From the human T2T-CHM13v2.0 reference genome, Homo sapiens, in the NCBI RefSeq assembly GCF_009914755.1, contig NC_060934.1: a stretch of 64,000 nt of DNA. One strand, written 5' to 3'. A program made the translations under genes and the position numbers. Below, in pieces: positions 28,583 through 43,053 of the stretch. The first letter of the stretch is position 1. Each line of letters starts with the position of its first letter. The notes under the pieces were generated by a model that saw only the letters and a list, made by a program, of their open reading frames with translations, was not told the DNA's origin and searched no databases.

Positions 28583-30596
28583 TAGTCTAATTAATATGCT
28601 AAACAAAATACTGTATTTATAAATTCCCAAGACAGTTAACACATATTCATCCTGCACTTTAAATCTATTAAACTACACATCTCAACTAACTTAACCCACC
28701 CTTTCATCAAAAACATAGCTTATCAAAACTCTTCTACTACATCTAAATATGATCCAAGCAGCAGTATGTGCCCAGAAAAATCCCAGTCCCTGTACAACAC
28801 CATGTTGAAACCATCTCCTCTCTCATTACCAATTAAATCTCCTGCCTTTCACAAACTGAAGGTTTTCCTGGCTTCAAGTCTAGAAATTTACAAATACATT
28901 GTTTAATCCAACATAACGGTATACTTCCAGGATACTGTTTCTGATTTGATGCAACTATGTCATCTTCTACCTCTCATCTCAAAACCGTATTGCCTTTAAA
29001 ATCACATGGGGCCCACTGATTATCTGGTATACTCAAAGTGTTCTACATCTAAGCTTTTAGATTCAATCCTCTTTCATTCTGACCACAAAAGTCACACCTT
29101 CCTCCTCCCACATTCACACCTGATCCTTGCCTTTAATGTGTATTCTAATTCCTTAATTCTTTTCTATTCTCCAACTAAATTATCTCCCATCTGGTAATAC
29201 TTAACTTTCTAAATGGCCTGAATCACACAGTCATTACTTTAATGATGTGCTCCTGAGAAATCCTTACACTTCTTGTTATACCAGTCAGCTCCATCCCCAA
29301 TGCCAATTTAACACTACCATTCACTCTATCTGCCACCAAGTTGCTGAGTAATGCTTGAGAATAGTAACAAAACAATTGAGTTCCCAATAAATGCATGCTT
29401 TCTTCAAACATGCCCTAATATTTCAAAATCCACAATGATTTAATCTCATTAAATACTGATCACATATTTACCTAAATAGGCCCCCAACCTCCTCCACTCA
29501 CTCACTTTTAGTCACAATCTCTCCCCTTCATGCTACTAAACATAAAACAACTCTACCCTAAAAATGTTCCCATAACTACTGACCCCAACCCCTCCTGATT
29601 CTTCTGGGACCTTCCTCCATCTATTAAATATCCTTTTAGGCAGCCCCTCTCTACCTCCTCCTCCTCCACTAACCTTCTCCCTTTTTTTTTTCTTTTCCCC
29701 CAACTCTAGAATGACCATGTTCTTTTACCTCAAATTATACTTGCTGCCTCCACCAAATGGAAATTACTCTCTCCAAGCTTAATTTCACTAAATTTACTGA
29801 TCACTTTCTTAGATCATATTCCTCATGACCTCTTCTTCTCCTTGACCATTCTATAACACGTTTAAAATCAATTCTCTTTTGCAACCTTCTCCTTCTTTGG
29901 CTATGGTGACTTTATGCAAGTGATTCCCCAGACAGTGGGAAAGAAGTGAGAAGAGGGATAACCAAATAATCTCTGAGGTTTTAAAAAATTATATTTGCCA
30001 CCCCACAAACTTCCCCAAATTCTGATTATTTCTTTGCAGAACATAGTGTTTCAGTTGACAATCACTGCCACAGTGAACCACTATGACTGTCTGCAGTACT
30101 CTGTGTACTTCAGATGTATTCATGTAGAAAAGACTATCACCAGTACCCTAAACATCATCTTGGTTTTATTCTCACTCCTCTGGTCATTTTTTTTTTTAAG
30201 TTCTTACAGTGCTTTTACTAATAACTAGGTAGATAAAATAATATCTTAGACTGTTTAGATGAGGTATAAAGAAACACAATATAATCAATACCAATCCAGG
30301 TTTAAGAACAAGAACATTATTATTATCTTTCAAGTCCTTCGGTGAGGCCCTCTCCAAATACAGATCTTCTCGTCTCCCAGAAAAAAAAATCACAATCCTA
30401 AATTGAAATCATCTCTTGCTTTTCTTTAACTTAACCATATGTTTGATTCCCTAAGGTTTAGTTTTACATGTTTCAGAATGTCTACATGGGATCACACTAT
30501 ATGTACTCTTCTGTGACATTTTCATCTCACTATTTCTTAGAGTTGTTGAGCATCTGTATTTCATTCACTTTTCTCCGCGAATATTATGCTCTGGCA

Positions 30597-31106
30597 TGTG
30601 CAGACCAAAGTATGCCACTCTGGCATAATAATTATTTTGAGTTGAGGGAAATTTAGAAAAAAACAGATACAAGAAAAGCTATCTGCCCTACTCCTACTTG
30701 CCTAAAAACAATAAATTCACAAAGGTCTCCCTCCTCTTCTCTTTACGAGGAAGGACGAAAGTTAATCAAAGGAGACAACTTTAGACACTTAGCCAGAGGA
30801 ATCTGCATAACAAACTTTACCAACTAGTCTTCATCTACCATTAGTTTCCCACAGTTTGCTGCCCCTAGAGACTCCTTTTCTTTTGTCTGATCGCTTCTTT
30901 AAAAATTTGTTTCTTTGCCAAGATACTATATACACTCAAGTTCTAACCAAACTTTTGAGTTACTCATCTCTGGTACTCCTATTGGTTGCATGCTTGATAC
31001 ATGTTAATAAACTTGTTTGTTTTTCTCTTGTTTATCTATCTTTTGTTATAGAGGCCCAAATGAGAATTCAGAACGGTAGAAGGAAAAGTGTTTTTCCTCT
31101 CCTATA
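30597..31106 (+). mobile_element. Solo LTR, MER34-like, inserted in an old L1
   Basis: AGACCAAAGTATGCCACTCTGGCATAATAATTATTTTGAGTTGAGG...AATAAACTTGTTTGTTTTTCTCTTGTT...TTTTCCTCTCCTATA. Confidence 0.7.
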
Positions 31107-32368
31107 TGTGCATATACCAACATTTATACAAATATTCAGATTGGTTCCTGCTTTTTTCCATTACAAGCAGGGCTGCTATGAGCACTCTTGTATGTATCTC
31201 CTGGTTCTTCGCTATATGCCCAGAATGAAACTTGTGGATCACTGACTATGCACATTTTCAACTTTACTAGATAATGCCAAACTATCTTCCAAAATAGTTA
31301 TACTAATTTATATTCCCAACAGCAATACTTTTGTTCCTACTGTTCCACATTCTCTCCAGCACGTTATTGACAGACTTAAAACTTTACAACCTGGCAGGGG
31401 TGAAAAGGTATATCAATTTGACTTTAATTTGCATTTCCTTGATTTCTAATCAGTTTGTGCATCTTTTCATATGTTTATTGACCACTGGAGATTTTTCTTT
31501 TTTAATGTGTCTATTTAAGTTTCTTTGCCCATTTTTCTATTATTTTTTCTTACTGATTCAGATGCATTCTATATATGTCCTCAGTACAAATCTTTTAAGT
31601 TATAAAAATAATAGGAAACACTTATGCAGCACTGTTATATTTTACATTATATATTTAATTTCAATAGCAACCCAACAAGGTAAGTGCTATTATTATTTCT
31701 TTTACAGATAAGAAAACTCAAGACCCAAAGTAGTTAAATAAAACTTTGTGTTTTAGGATTGCCTTCCCTATTTATAGACTTTTGTTCTTCCACATGAATT
31801 TCAGGAAAAAATACAACAAAACGAAAATCTGCCAGTATTTTTGTACTGATGTTGAATTTAACTAAACTTTCAATAGTTTTATAATTTTCTCTATGAATGT
31901 GTTGTATGTCTTATGTTTGTCCGTTGTTTTATATTTTTGATGCTACTATATAATGCTTTTTTTAAATGACATTTTAAAACATGATGGGTATACAGAAACA
32001 GCTGATTTTCGTATACTGATTTTAAATCCAGCAAACCCATCAAACTCTCATGAATCCTGATAGCTTGTAAACATTCTTTGGCTTTCTATGTAGATTATCA
32101 TATTATCCATTAATAATGACTATTTAGTTTCTTCTTTTCCAATCCCCACCTTTTTGACTTAGGCAGTGGCTAGTAACTCAGTAAAATGTTAAACAGAAGT
32201 AAAAGTAAACAAAGAAGTAAACAAAGTAAACAAAGAAAAGCCAAAAAAAAAAAAAAGTAATGAAAAGTAATGAAAGACAACAGGCTTGCTCCTAATCATA
32301 AAGAGAATGTTTCCAATTCTTCACTATAAAATACATTTGTTTTAGTAAATGCATTTTATCAAGTTAAA

Positions 32369-32490
32369 GATCGCCTGAAGCCGGGAGGCAGAGGTTGCAG
32401 TGAGCCAAAATCATGCCACTGCACTCCAGCCTGGGCAACAGAGCAAGGCTCCGTCTAAAAGAAAACACAAAAAACAAAACAAAACAAAAA
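32369..32490 (+). mobile_element. 5'-truncated Alu (right arm)
   Basis: GATCGCCTGAAGCCGGGAGGCAGAGGTTGCAGTGAG... followed by a (CAAAA)n tail. Confidence 0.88.
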
Positions 32491-33079
32491 GAACACTATC
32501 TTCTGTTCCCATTTTATTAAAAGCTTTTCTAAAACCATGAATGAATGCTTAAGGCCTTTTCTGCATTTATTGGGAGAATCATACAGGTTTTATTCTTTAA
32601 TCTGTTAATGTTGCATATTATATTGATTTCCCATCCCTTAAATGAAGCCAGGCTTAAACTCCTGGGATAAATCCAACTGGTCGCATTATATTTTTTCTAT
32701 ATTGCTGAATTTAACTTGCTGACATTTAAGATTCTTATACCAATTTAGAAGGGAGAGAGAGAAATTACAGACTACTATAGGTTTTAGAACTGTAGTTATG
32801 CTAGCCTCACAAAAAGGTTTGGAAGTGTTCCCTCGTTTCCTATATTCTAGAAGAATTTGCATAAATTGGTTATTATTAATTTGTTCCTTAAATACTGGCA
32901 GAATTTGCTATAAAGTTCTATGGGCCTGAAGTTTTCTTTATAAAAAGATATTTTCACTATTAACTTATTTCATAGTTATGGAACTAACCATGTATTCTAT
33001 TTCTTCTTAAGTCAGTTTTAGAAATGCATATTTTTCTAAGGGTTTACCCATACCTAAGTTCTCAAATTTATCGACGTAA

Positions 33080-33511
33080 CAGTTGACCCTTACACAATAC
33101 AGGGATTGGGATACTGACCCCAACACACTCAAAAATCCATAGAGAACTTTTGACTCCCCTCAAACTGAACTACTAAAATAGCCTACTGTTGACCTTATCA
33201 CTAACAGAAACAGTTAATAACATAGTTTGTATACTGTATTCTTGCAATAAAGTAACCTAGAGAAAGCATGTTATTTAAAAAATCATAAAGGGAAATATAT
33301 TAACTTCATCCTCATCATCTTCATGTTGAGTAGCGTGAGGAAGAGAGGTTGGTCTTTCTGTCTCAGGTTGGCAGAGGTAAAAGAGGTGAAGGTGGAAGGA
33401 GTGGCAGGAGAGACGGGCACACTCAATTGAACTTTCATTAAAAAAAAAAAAATCTGCTTATGAGTGGACCTATGCAGTTTAAACACGTTGTTTGTTGTTC
33501 AAGGACCCACT
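33080..33511. mobile_element. Tigger2a/MER28-like DNA transposon
   Basis: Starts CAGTTGACCCTTACACAA and ends TTGTTCAAGGACCCACTA (degenerate terminal inverted repeats). Confidence 0.78.
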
Positions 33512-33539
33512 ATAGTTATGAACAGTCCTAATTTTTTTT

Positions 33540-33853
<314 letters not shown>

Positions 33854-34921
33854 CTTGTTTTTAATATCTACAGCAATATTAGGCCTTTTTTGTTCCAGGT
33901 AGTATTTTATTGGTAACTTTTTTCTTGTCGGTTTGAAAAGTCTTGATTTTATGTCTTTTCAAAAAAACAATTTTGGGTTTTATTGATTTTTCTCTACTGT
34001 ATATTCACTTTCTATTTCATTAACTTATGTTATTATTTCCATTCATTTCATTATTATGTGCTTTCTTTTACCCAGGAGTCATTTTAAAATATTTCATACT
34101 TTCCAAACTTATTTTTCTAATGATCTCTACTGTACTGCACTATAGCCAGGAAATGTTAATAAATACGCTACCAATATTATGAAACTTGAGATTTGCTTTA
34201 TTATCTAGTATTCGGTTTATTTTCACAAATCATATGTGCTTCAGATATGTATTTTGCATTTATTTTGGCACAATATACTATACATGTCCATTTTTTATTT
34301 AAATCTTCTATATCCTTAATTTTTAAAAAATCTGAACAATTATTAGGTGTTAAAAGTCTCTCACCATGTTGATGGAGATGTCCATTTTTCCCTGTAGTTA
34401 TATCATATTTTTGCTTTATGTATTTTCAGGCTACATCAATAGTTACACACAAATAGAAATGTTATATTTATTGGTGAATTGAATCTTTCATCATTTATGT
34501 AGCAAACATTTTCTCCAATATCTTTGCCTTACAATTTCTTTTTGCCCAGCCAGTTTTCTTCTTATATTTGTGTGGTATATACATTTCCATCTTTTTACTT
34601 TCAACCTTTCTGAATCTATATTTTAGATGTGTTACTTCACCCAGCATATGGCTTAAATTTCTCTCTTTAAACTATTCATCTTTAAAACACTGTGTCTTTA
34701 TCTTTAGTTGAAATACTACAGATAGCCTTTTGGGGTTCTAGATTTATAGGAGTATCATCTATGAAACTACCTACTTTAGATTGGCCCTATGTTTTGTATA
34801 CTGAGCCCCTCTGAAATCATAAAAACAGAATTCAGCAAATTCTCTCAAGGTAAAGGCTGGCAATCAAGCTCACCTTAGCTTTCTGAAATTTTTGCCTTAA
34901 GTTTTTAACCTGCATTCTTTA

Positions 34922-35278
<357 letters not shown>

Positions 35279-36180
35279 TTAAAAAATTATCAAGCTTCTT
35301 TAGCTGTTTTCAGCAGGAGTCAGTCTTGTTACCCATACTGACCTATTCATTCTTCACTGGCTGCACATCATCTTTCTATACCCTAAATAAAGGAAATGTA
35401 TCAAGGCTTACGCTTCAGCTTACCAATTATGCTGCATTACACCACCTCTTTTGGAGACTTCATCACTCTTAGTATAGTCATTACCATTTATTACAGTGAC
35501 AATTACATTAGAATTTCTCAACAAATATATGTATAAATCTTGATGGTGGTGAGGGGAGATGGGGAATAATTTGGGAAAAGTTCTACAAATGATATCTACA
35601 CATACAGGAATAACCATATGGCCTACTCACTGTTCTAACGACTTCAACTACTTATAACCATCGATAAGGAAATATACCTCTGGATTGACCTTTTTTCTGA
35701 GATTCAGACCTGCAACTTCAATTGCTATATGAACATTTCCTCCTGAATTCCTACCACCAACACAAACCCAACATGGCCAGATCAAATGTCATCTTCTCAT
35801 AAATTTGCCCTACCTACCAGTTTCCAAACCTCTATAAAAGATATTATAAGTCTTTGAGGTATCCAGACAAATCTTTGGTTCGTTTTTAAGATTTTAAGAT
35901 GTCCTTTTTCTTTTCCCACATCATCACAAAGTCCTTCCTGCATTCATTTGTGTTAGTCTATTTCACTCAAGTCATTCCTTTTGTCACCCTCTTATTCTAA
36001 GTCTTTGCCAGGACTGTTGCAGTCTATCACCAACAGATCTTGCTTCTAGTACCTCTTGACTCCTATTCCTTCTGCATACTACTATAAGGTGAATTATCCT
36101 TAAAACATTGTATATCACCCACCCATTCAAATATATTTAATGAGTTAAGCCTACAGAAGTCTTCAATTGGTCAACAGCAT

Positions 36181-36468
36181 ATTTATTTATTTATTTATTT
36201 TTGAGATGGAGTCTCTCTCTGTTGCCCAGGCTGGAGTGCAGGGGTGTGATCTTGGCTCACTGCAACCTCTGCCTCCCGGGTTCAAGCAATTCTCAACCTC
36301 CCGAGTAGCTGGGTGTGCACCACTACGTCCGGCTAATGTTTTGTATTTTTATTAGAGATGGGGTTTCACCATGTTGGCCAGGCTGATCTCCAACTCCTGA
36401 CCTCAAGTGATCTGCCTGTCTCGGCCTCCCAAAGTGCTGGGATTATAGGCGTGAGCCACCACATGGCC
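36181..36468 (-). mobile_element. Alu (AluS-like)
   Basis: Reverse-complement dimer; TSD GTCAACAGCAT. Confidence 0.93.
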
Positions 36469-38345
36469 AGTCAACAGCATGTTTAACAGCTGGTCAGAGA
36501 TGTAGGGAAGAGAAGAGGAGGGGTAACCAAGAAGCTATAGCCGTTGGCCAAGCAAATCCCATTTCATCCTGAGTGTTTTAAACACTGGTAAATTACTGTG
36601 GAATGGGATAATGCTAGAAGCAAAAAGTATCCCTCCTTTTCAGTTGATGATGGATTCTAAAATGCTGTGTATTTTTTATCAGCCTCAGTCCACCCAACAA
36701 AACAAAAAGGACCAAAGAAGGAAAAAGTAATGCATTCTATTTAAAACTGTCCTTGCCTACCCTAGAGGCCAAGCTCTTTCATGAAGCCATCTTCAACTAC
36801 CACAATCACTGGTGACTACTATTTTCTCTAAGAGCCACAGTTTCTGTCTACACTACTCAATAAGCAACTGGGATATGCTACTTACTATTATAATTTATAT
36901 TATCATGAACAAGTCTTTTCTCCCTATCATGGGCACTATGAAGGACATAATATCTAATGTTTCATATACCTAATATTTAGAATAATACTATACACATAAT
37001 TTTCAATGAAGGCTTGTAGTACTTAGCATCTATATTTAGCTTTCTGTATGTCTTCTATATGTGTATTCAGGAGTTCTTAGAAGCCAAGGGGAAAAAAAGA
37101 CAAAATTATCTTTAAAAGTCACACCTCTGCTTTTTAAAATGCTGAAACGATGTAACTTATAATATTTTGACATCATACTTAAACTGACTTTCATGATTCA
37201 GGTGGGAGAAAAAAACCCAACACTTAGGTTGACATATGGATATACTCAAACTAGTTTTTCTTTTTTTTTTTTTTTAAATCTACCCTGGTCAGACTTCCCA
37301 GAGACTTACAAATAGGCTGATAATATCATCTAGAACTTCAGTCAACTATTTTATAATAAAATTCAAGGAAAAAGTTCAGAATTCTCCAAAGTGCCTTTCA
37401 GATATATACTTATTGCAGTGTTTATAAAATTGTGGTTTTCACTTTTTACTGATTTAAGGGCTAACATTGTAAAACAGTCATTTATTTACATCCCTATTTC
37501 CCACAATAGCCTATAGCATTTTGAAAGAACAAGATTTATTCATCTTTTTTCTTTGGTACCAAGTAGTTGATAGGGACTCAATAAATGTTTATTGAATAAA
37601 TCTGTCACAACTCACAAGACAGATCTAAAAATCCATGAATATCCTATTTAATTATTTTAAGATAAATTATGTTATTATACCATAAGATATTCAATAAGAC
37701 ATAAATATTTTAGTTATTAATTATTGTTTAAAAAAAAAGAGCCAGAAGGGAAAAGCCACCTAACAGCACAAAAAATCTGTAAGACTCCTTTAAGGTTTTT
37801 ATGTTTTGATGACAAACAGAAACCAATCACCTTTAAAAGGAAATGAACACAAGAGGCAGCAGATAAAAAGTTAAAAACTACAGCTTATATTAATAATCAA
37901 CAACTTTTACAGCAATTCATTAATTAGATTTTAGTGTAGCTTATAAGTTTAAGACTGAGAGCGTTTCAGTATTATCCACATTTCAGATGTCATACACAGC
38001 AAAAGGCATATCATTACTGAAGATAAATATTTTGGGTTAGCCTAAAAACTTTTATCTAGATCCTACCTCCAAAGCTGACAAAAATATTCTAATGAAGATG
38101 TTCACAATATTTTATTGTTTATTCATTTTTCTTCTGATAAGTTGTTTATATAGTAAAAAATGACTTGAAATAATGTCATAATAAACTAGTACTTTGTAAG
38201 AGTAATAAAACTATGAGTACCAATACATTTTCATGTGGGTCTTATAGAATTTCTCATTAATTTGTGAACTCTACCAAATTTTTAGTTTGAGGGGAAAATA
38301 CTTGTTAGCCACAAGAAAAATGATCTTCAAACATTTCAATCATAC

Positions 38346-38507
38346 CTGTTTCTGAGCTTCTACTTTTTGCTTTCTGGTTGGATCAATTGCATCTACCATC
38401 CATTTGATAGTAAAGTATGTCACTGCACCAAATATTGTCAAACGGAAAATTAAACCAACAACTTCATTCCGACTCAAAGGACGAGAAAAGGCTTCAGCAT
38501 GTACCAT
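38346..38507 (-). CDS. ATAD1: ATAD1 first coding exon (162 coding nt; exon extends to 38520 with 13 nt of 5'UTR): MVHAEAFSRPLSRNEVVGLIFRLTIFGAVTYFTIKWMVDAIDPTRKQKVEAQKQ
   Basis: tttttaag|GTTAACATTCAAGATGG gives a good Kozak context (A at -3, G at +4); hydrophobic N-terminal anchor; donor CAG|gtatga. Confidence 0.98.
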
Positions 38508-41500
38508 CTTGAATGTTAACCTTAAAAAAACAAACAGAAATGTCACTAGGTAATAACTATACTTATTAAAATTGTAAGACTAACAAAGTAGCTTAAACTA
38601 AGAAAGAAAAACTAACTTCTAGTCAAATTAAAATATTACCTACCTTAAAAAAAGTGTTTCATTTTAAGGAGAAATGGATTTTTAAATGTTAAGTAAACAA
38701 ATACATTTAAAGCTCCTCTTGCAAACTAGAAGTAGACTAGAAATTAAGATTTATTTGGTAGTAGAATTAATCATTTTATTTGAAAAATACAGTAAATATC
38801 TTAAGGTATTTACTCAAAACAGCTTTAAAGAACTATTTCAGAGTCTAGGAAAGTATCAACTATAACACTAATCCAACTGAAGAAAGGCAGCCCAACAATA
38901 CTAATGTGACGGTAAGAATTTCTTCTATTAACTGTATCATATACCAGGTAATTTTTGAGTGAAATTCAAATTGTGAACTGACTCACTTTTTCCTCATACA
39001 TACTTTTAAAGGTTTTCAAGGCCTGCTTAAATTTAAACATGCCATTTCCTCAGTAATAAGTGGTATTAACTTTTTTGAGCCACACTATTGTTCCCAACAA
39101 CCGGGCTAAGTAGGAAGCAATAGAACTTGGAAAAATCTTGAACTGAGACAACTACTACAAGAATACAGCACTCACCCAAGCTAAAGAGAAAAAAAATGAG
39201 ATAAATGTGCCTATTTTTGCATATATCCCTGAACAGCTACATCAATCAAAGCTAGGCTTACAGAAGACATACACTCCTCTGTCAATGGCAATAACTACCC
39301 GGAAGAATAAGCTTGTTAGGGATGATATGACTATCACATTTTGGGAGATAGGATCTTAGCTTCAAATACTGCCATTATACTCTCAGCACAGGAGTGTGCT
39401 GAATGCTATGGGATATATAAGAAAAAGAGAATATATATTTGTACTTACATAAACATGAAAAAAAACAGAATTTGTATGGCTCAGCAGATAAAAGTTAGGT
39501 ACTGCAAAGATTAATATCCATGGTCCTTCCAGCTCTAAAATTCTCCTCTCACTACTACTAAATTAAAGAGCCTCTTCACCTTCCTCCCTCTAGAATAGCT
39601 CCAAAAATTTTTTATTTCCTTTTATACCCCTCACCTCCACTCAAGGATATATACTCCTTCTCTCTAATCAAAAGACCCCAAAGTATTTCCTTTATACGTT
39701 TCCCAAGCATTCAAAACTATTCTAATCTAGAATCTAGCTCCAGAGTCAATTGTAAGCATTTTCTCTTTCACCTCTTTTCAAAGGGACTCTATAAATAGCT
39801 GGAGTCACTACCATCTGAAAATCCCACATATATTTTCCCTTCAGCGTATCTGTCTAGTATCCTGCATGGGCCATTTACCCTCATTCACCTAGGATTAGTC
39901 AAATTCTATCCTAACTTCAAAAATCAACTTTATTTGCTCCATAAAGCCTTTCAAATCACATGAATCTTCGTATTATTCATTTCGCCCTATTACACTATCT
40001 TAAAAAAGTCTTGCTTTTGAGATATCTACTCGACTAGAGTTTAAATCCTTATAAACAAGATGTATATCTTATCTACCTTTATAACTGTCACACACAAAAC
40101 AGACGTTTATAATTGCCACACACAAAACAGAGGCTATTCAAAAATTATGTTCAACAGATAAATTGTAACTGAAGGAAATCTCCCATTCAATCATTGCAAC
40201 AGTCACTTCTGAAGGATTTCCAAAAGGTTCCACATTTCTCCACTAGGAGCCATTCACTTCACAATAATTAGATTTAATTTAAACTTAACAACTAAATAAT
40301 TGAAAGCCTTCATTTTGGAGGAAGAAACTTTGGCCTAGGGATGGTAAATGATTTAATTCATTCAATTTGCATTTACTGAACATCTATATATGACGCCCAC
40401 TATATATTGGATATACAATAATTGTTAAGATATCACCACTTCATTCAAAGAACACACTGTCCGGCTATTATATTAATTATAAAGAAAGCAAAAGAAGCCA
40501 AAAAGGAGAAGGCACCTAACTGAAATCTCTCTTCATGGAACAAACCAAAGTGTGCTATCTTCCATCAGCATGGATTCCAAAAAAAACGGGTTACACAATA
40601 TTTCACTTCTCATAGGAAGTAAAAAACTGACTTTTCTAGTCTTTATTCCACAAAGTTGAAAATGCAGTTGAAACGTGTTATATCACTACGTGGGGTATAC
40701 TCACAGAGGAAAATAATTTAGACAAGATAAGGGTTTTATTAACCTAATCTGTGAAAAGCGGTGGCATTCCAGTAAAACGTTTTCGTTTTAGAGTTGGTAG
40801 TGATAAAACTACCAACCAAGTCATCTACTGGATATTCATTGAACTACATGAACAAATTAGGGCTGTTATGAACACATCCCAGTCATCAAGATAGTAACAA
40901 CTTTTAATCCCATAAAAGGTCAACACACAAAACCCGTTTATATCCTTCCCAATTCTGAAATTTTTAATGTAATAAAGACTTAGGTCTACTAAGGCCACTT
41001 GTAAAATAGTAGTCTACCTTTTTAAATTACTTCAAAATCCTTCAATGAAACTGAAACTTGTTTTGTAGACTGTAACTATATATACTTTATTGTACACTCA
41101 TGTATCATTCATTTGGTATTGATATACCTAAAATGTAAGGCTGTTACAGCAGCAATACCATCACCAGCGAACATACAATAAAAGCTGCATGCGCATACAA
41201 CAGCAGGGAGCGTATTTCAATCCTGTATAAACATTAGGTTCAACAAAATGAATACACAAATATGTACATATACGATGATAGTGCTGTATGCAACTAAGAA
41301 ACATCCTAAAACACTATAACCTAGAGTTATTTGTTAGGCAAATATGGTATCAGGTCGTTTCATTTTAAGTTCTCCATTTCCGAGTGGAAAACCGTGAAAT
41401 CGTACTACCTCATCTATGAGCAATTTATTGACATGTATAGCATTCATAGCATAGCATTCACTGTAGTATTTCTCTCCTAATTCATTGCAGTATTTCACAA

Positions 41501-41629
41501 ATCGTTTCTCAAACTCAAAAGTCCCAGTTTTGCAGGCATAAAGGCCCTACGAATACAGCCTATGACAATGAAGGCCTGCCAATCTTCACAAAGAGGGCAG
41601 GTTATTATTAACATCACCATCTTTTGTGA

Positions 41630-42800
41630 AAGCGTGCCCGGCCCTGAAGAACCACCTTCGATTTTGCACAAGGTGGTGGCCGCGCCTGTGCGACAATCAG
41701 ACCTGGTTCATTCCAGCCGCCTTCGTCTAGGTTCGCCTGGTTCTGAAGTCTTCCGGGACGACCTCAAACCCCCACAGTGACCAGGATGCCGACAAAGATT
41801 CCCTCGGGAATGGCACGAGTCTTGGGGAAGAGCTAAGCAGACCCTAAGGGCCCAGGCCGGGCCGGACGCCAAGGCGAGGCCCGGGACGCCCTTGGAGGTT
41901 AATCCTCTAGATACTAAGGGCTGCGGGGCGCTTGGGGGCGGCACTGAGGTAGGGCGTGGGAGAAGACCGGGGTGACCTTTCCTCCGGGGGTTCCCAGGTC
42001 CGAGACGGTCCTTAAAGGACCTCAGAAGGATACGACAACCATCCCATGAGGCCCCACGGGAACCAGCTACTCACCCAGGGGCAGAAACAGCAAGAGCAAG
42101 TGCCCTCAGCCGGCCTCACACAGGAAGGAAACGCAACCTGGGAGAGAACGCTTCCGGCGGGAGGCGCGGCGCACTCCCTCCCACGGAGCATGCGCGACCC
42201 GCGGTCGCCGGCGCGGAGGGGGCGTGCTCCCAGGCTTAGAAACAGTGAGGGAGAGCAAATTCGCGCACCTGATGTCTGCTTAAGCTACCTGCTAGACTGA
42301 GACTTTCTGCGAAGCCGGCGTGTCTGCGAGCAGCACTCGCTAAGGCTCTGCGTTTAACAGACACTACCTTTGGGAAGGCGCTTATCACAAAAAGTCCCTG
42401 CCCTTCTCGCGGGCTCGGGGCGCAACCCTGACAAATCGGGCAGCCTTCTTGAGAGTGCAGAAATGCTCTGCGTACCCAGCAAATACATTCTCTCCTTCCC
42501 ACCACTCTGTGCAAACCCTCACGCCGCGGCTTTGTGTCTGTACTTTAGCCAAAACGCAGAAGCTTATGGCCACCCTCCACTCCTCACCCCTCATCCCTCA
42601 CCACCTGCCTTTCAATTCTCGGGTGAGCTCACCCTTCTCCCCCATCTCTGTGCTGACAAACACCTCGGGGTGGCGCCTGACAATCTTTCCGCGAAAAGAT
42701 TTAGCAGCCCACGCCACCAGACTCGGTAGTTAGGACGGAATAGGGCATCTGGTAACAGATTTTGCATTTTGGTGATTTCCCTTTTTCTTTCACCCCTTTT
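41630..42800. promoter_or_regulatory. CpG island / ATAD1 promoter, probably bidirectional
   Basis: The only extended GC- and CpG-rich non-Alu stretch. Contains an ETS/GABPA core CTTCCGG (42151-42157), an NRF1-like GCATGCGC (42188-42195) and a GC box at about 42214-42226. Confidence 0.92.
42075..42150 (-). other. ATAD1: ATAD1 non-coding exon 1 (5' end approximate)
   Basis: Strong minus-strand donor GGG|GTGAGT at 42075/42074 inside the CpG island, upstream of the acceptor at 38520. Confidence 0.8.
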
Positions 42801-42948
42801 CCTTTCCAGAACGAGCGACGTGACACAAGAGGTCCCAAGGGAGCAAACCTGAAAGCCAGAGCCTCCTGAATACACAAACTGCCGGTGGGCCAGATGACAT
42901 TAGACACTCCTGAGATACGAGAAGCATCACTTCCTTCAGACAGAGTCG
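42220..42948 (+). ncRNA. CFL1P1: 5' exons of a divergent non-coding transcript (probably CFL1P1); candidate exon ending at 42622 and exon 42810-42948
   Basis: Donor CGG|GTGAGC at 42622/42623; long pyrimidine tract plus CAG ending at 42809; donor TCG|GTGAGA at 42948/42949. The name is from recall of the human locus; I did not see cofilin-like sequence inside the window. Start coordinate is approximate. Confidence 0.55.
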
Positions 42949-43053
42949 GTGAGACTATGATGTAATGAGAGTTCTCCCTGTGTTCCTCAGGAAGGCAGCT
43001 TGTGCCTTTCTACTTGAGGCATCATCTTTGATGGCTAAAGAATTCTGCAGCTT

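Noticed and set aside
30856-31711. The two longest ORFs (129 and 126 aa, hydrophobic)
   Set aside because: They lie in a MER34-like LTR and T-rich antisense L1. The F/L/I bias reflects base composition, and both start at non-ATG codons.
38508-38546. ORF-track N-terminal extension MTFLFVFLRLTFK of ATAD1
   Set aside because: It crosses the splice acceptor at 38521-38522; the upstream ATG is intronic.
41562-42907. Cluster of overlapping ORFs on both strands in the CpG island
   Set aside because: GC-rich DNA has few stop codons and no recognisable domains are present. Small ORF translation cannot be excluded without Ribo-seq.
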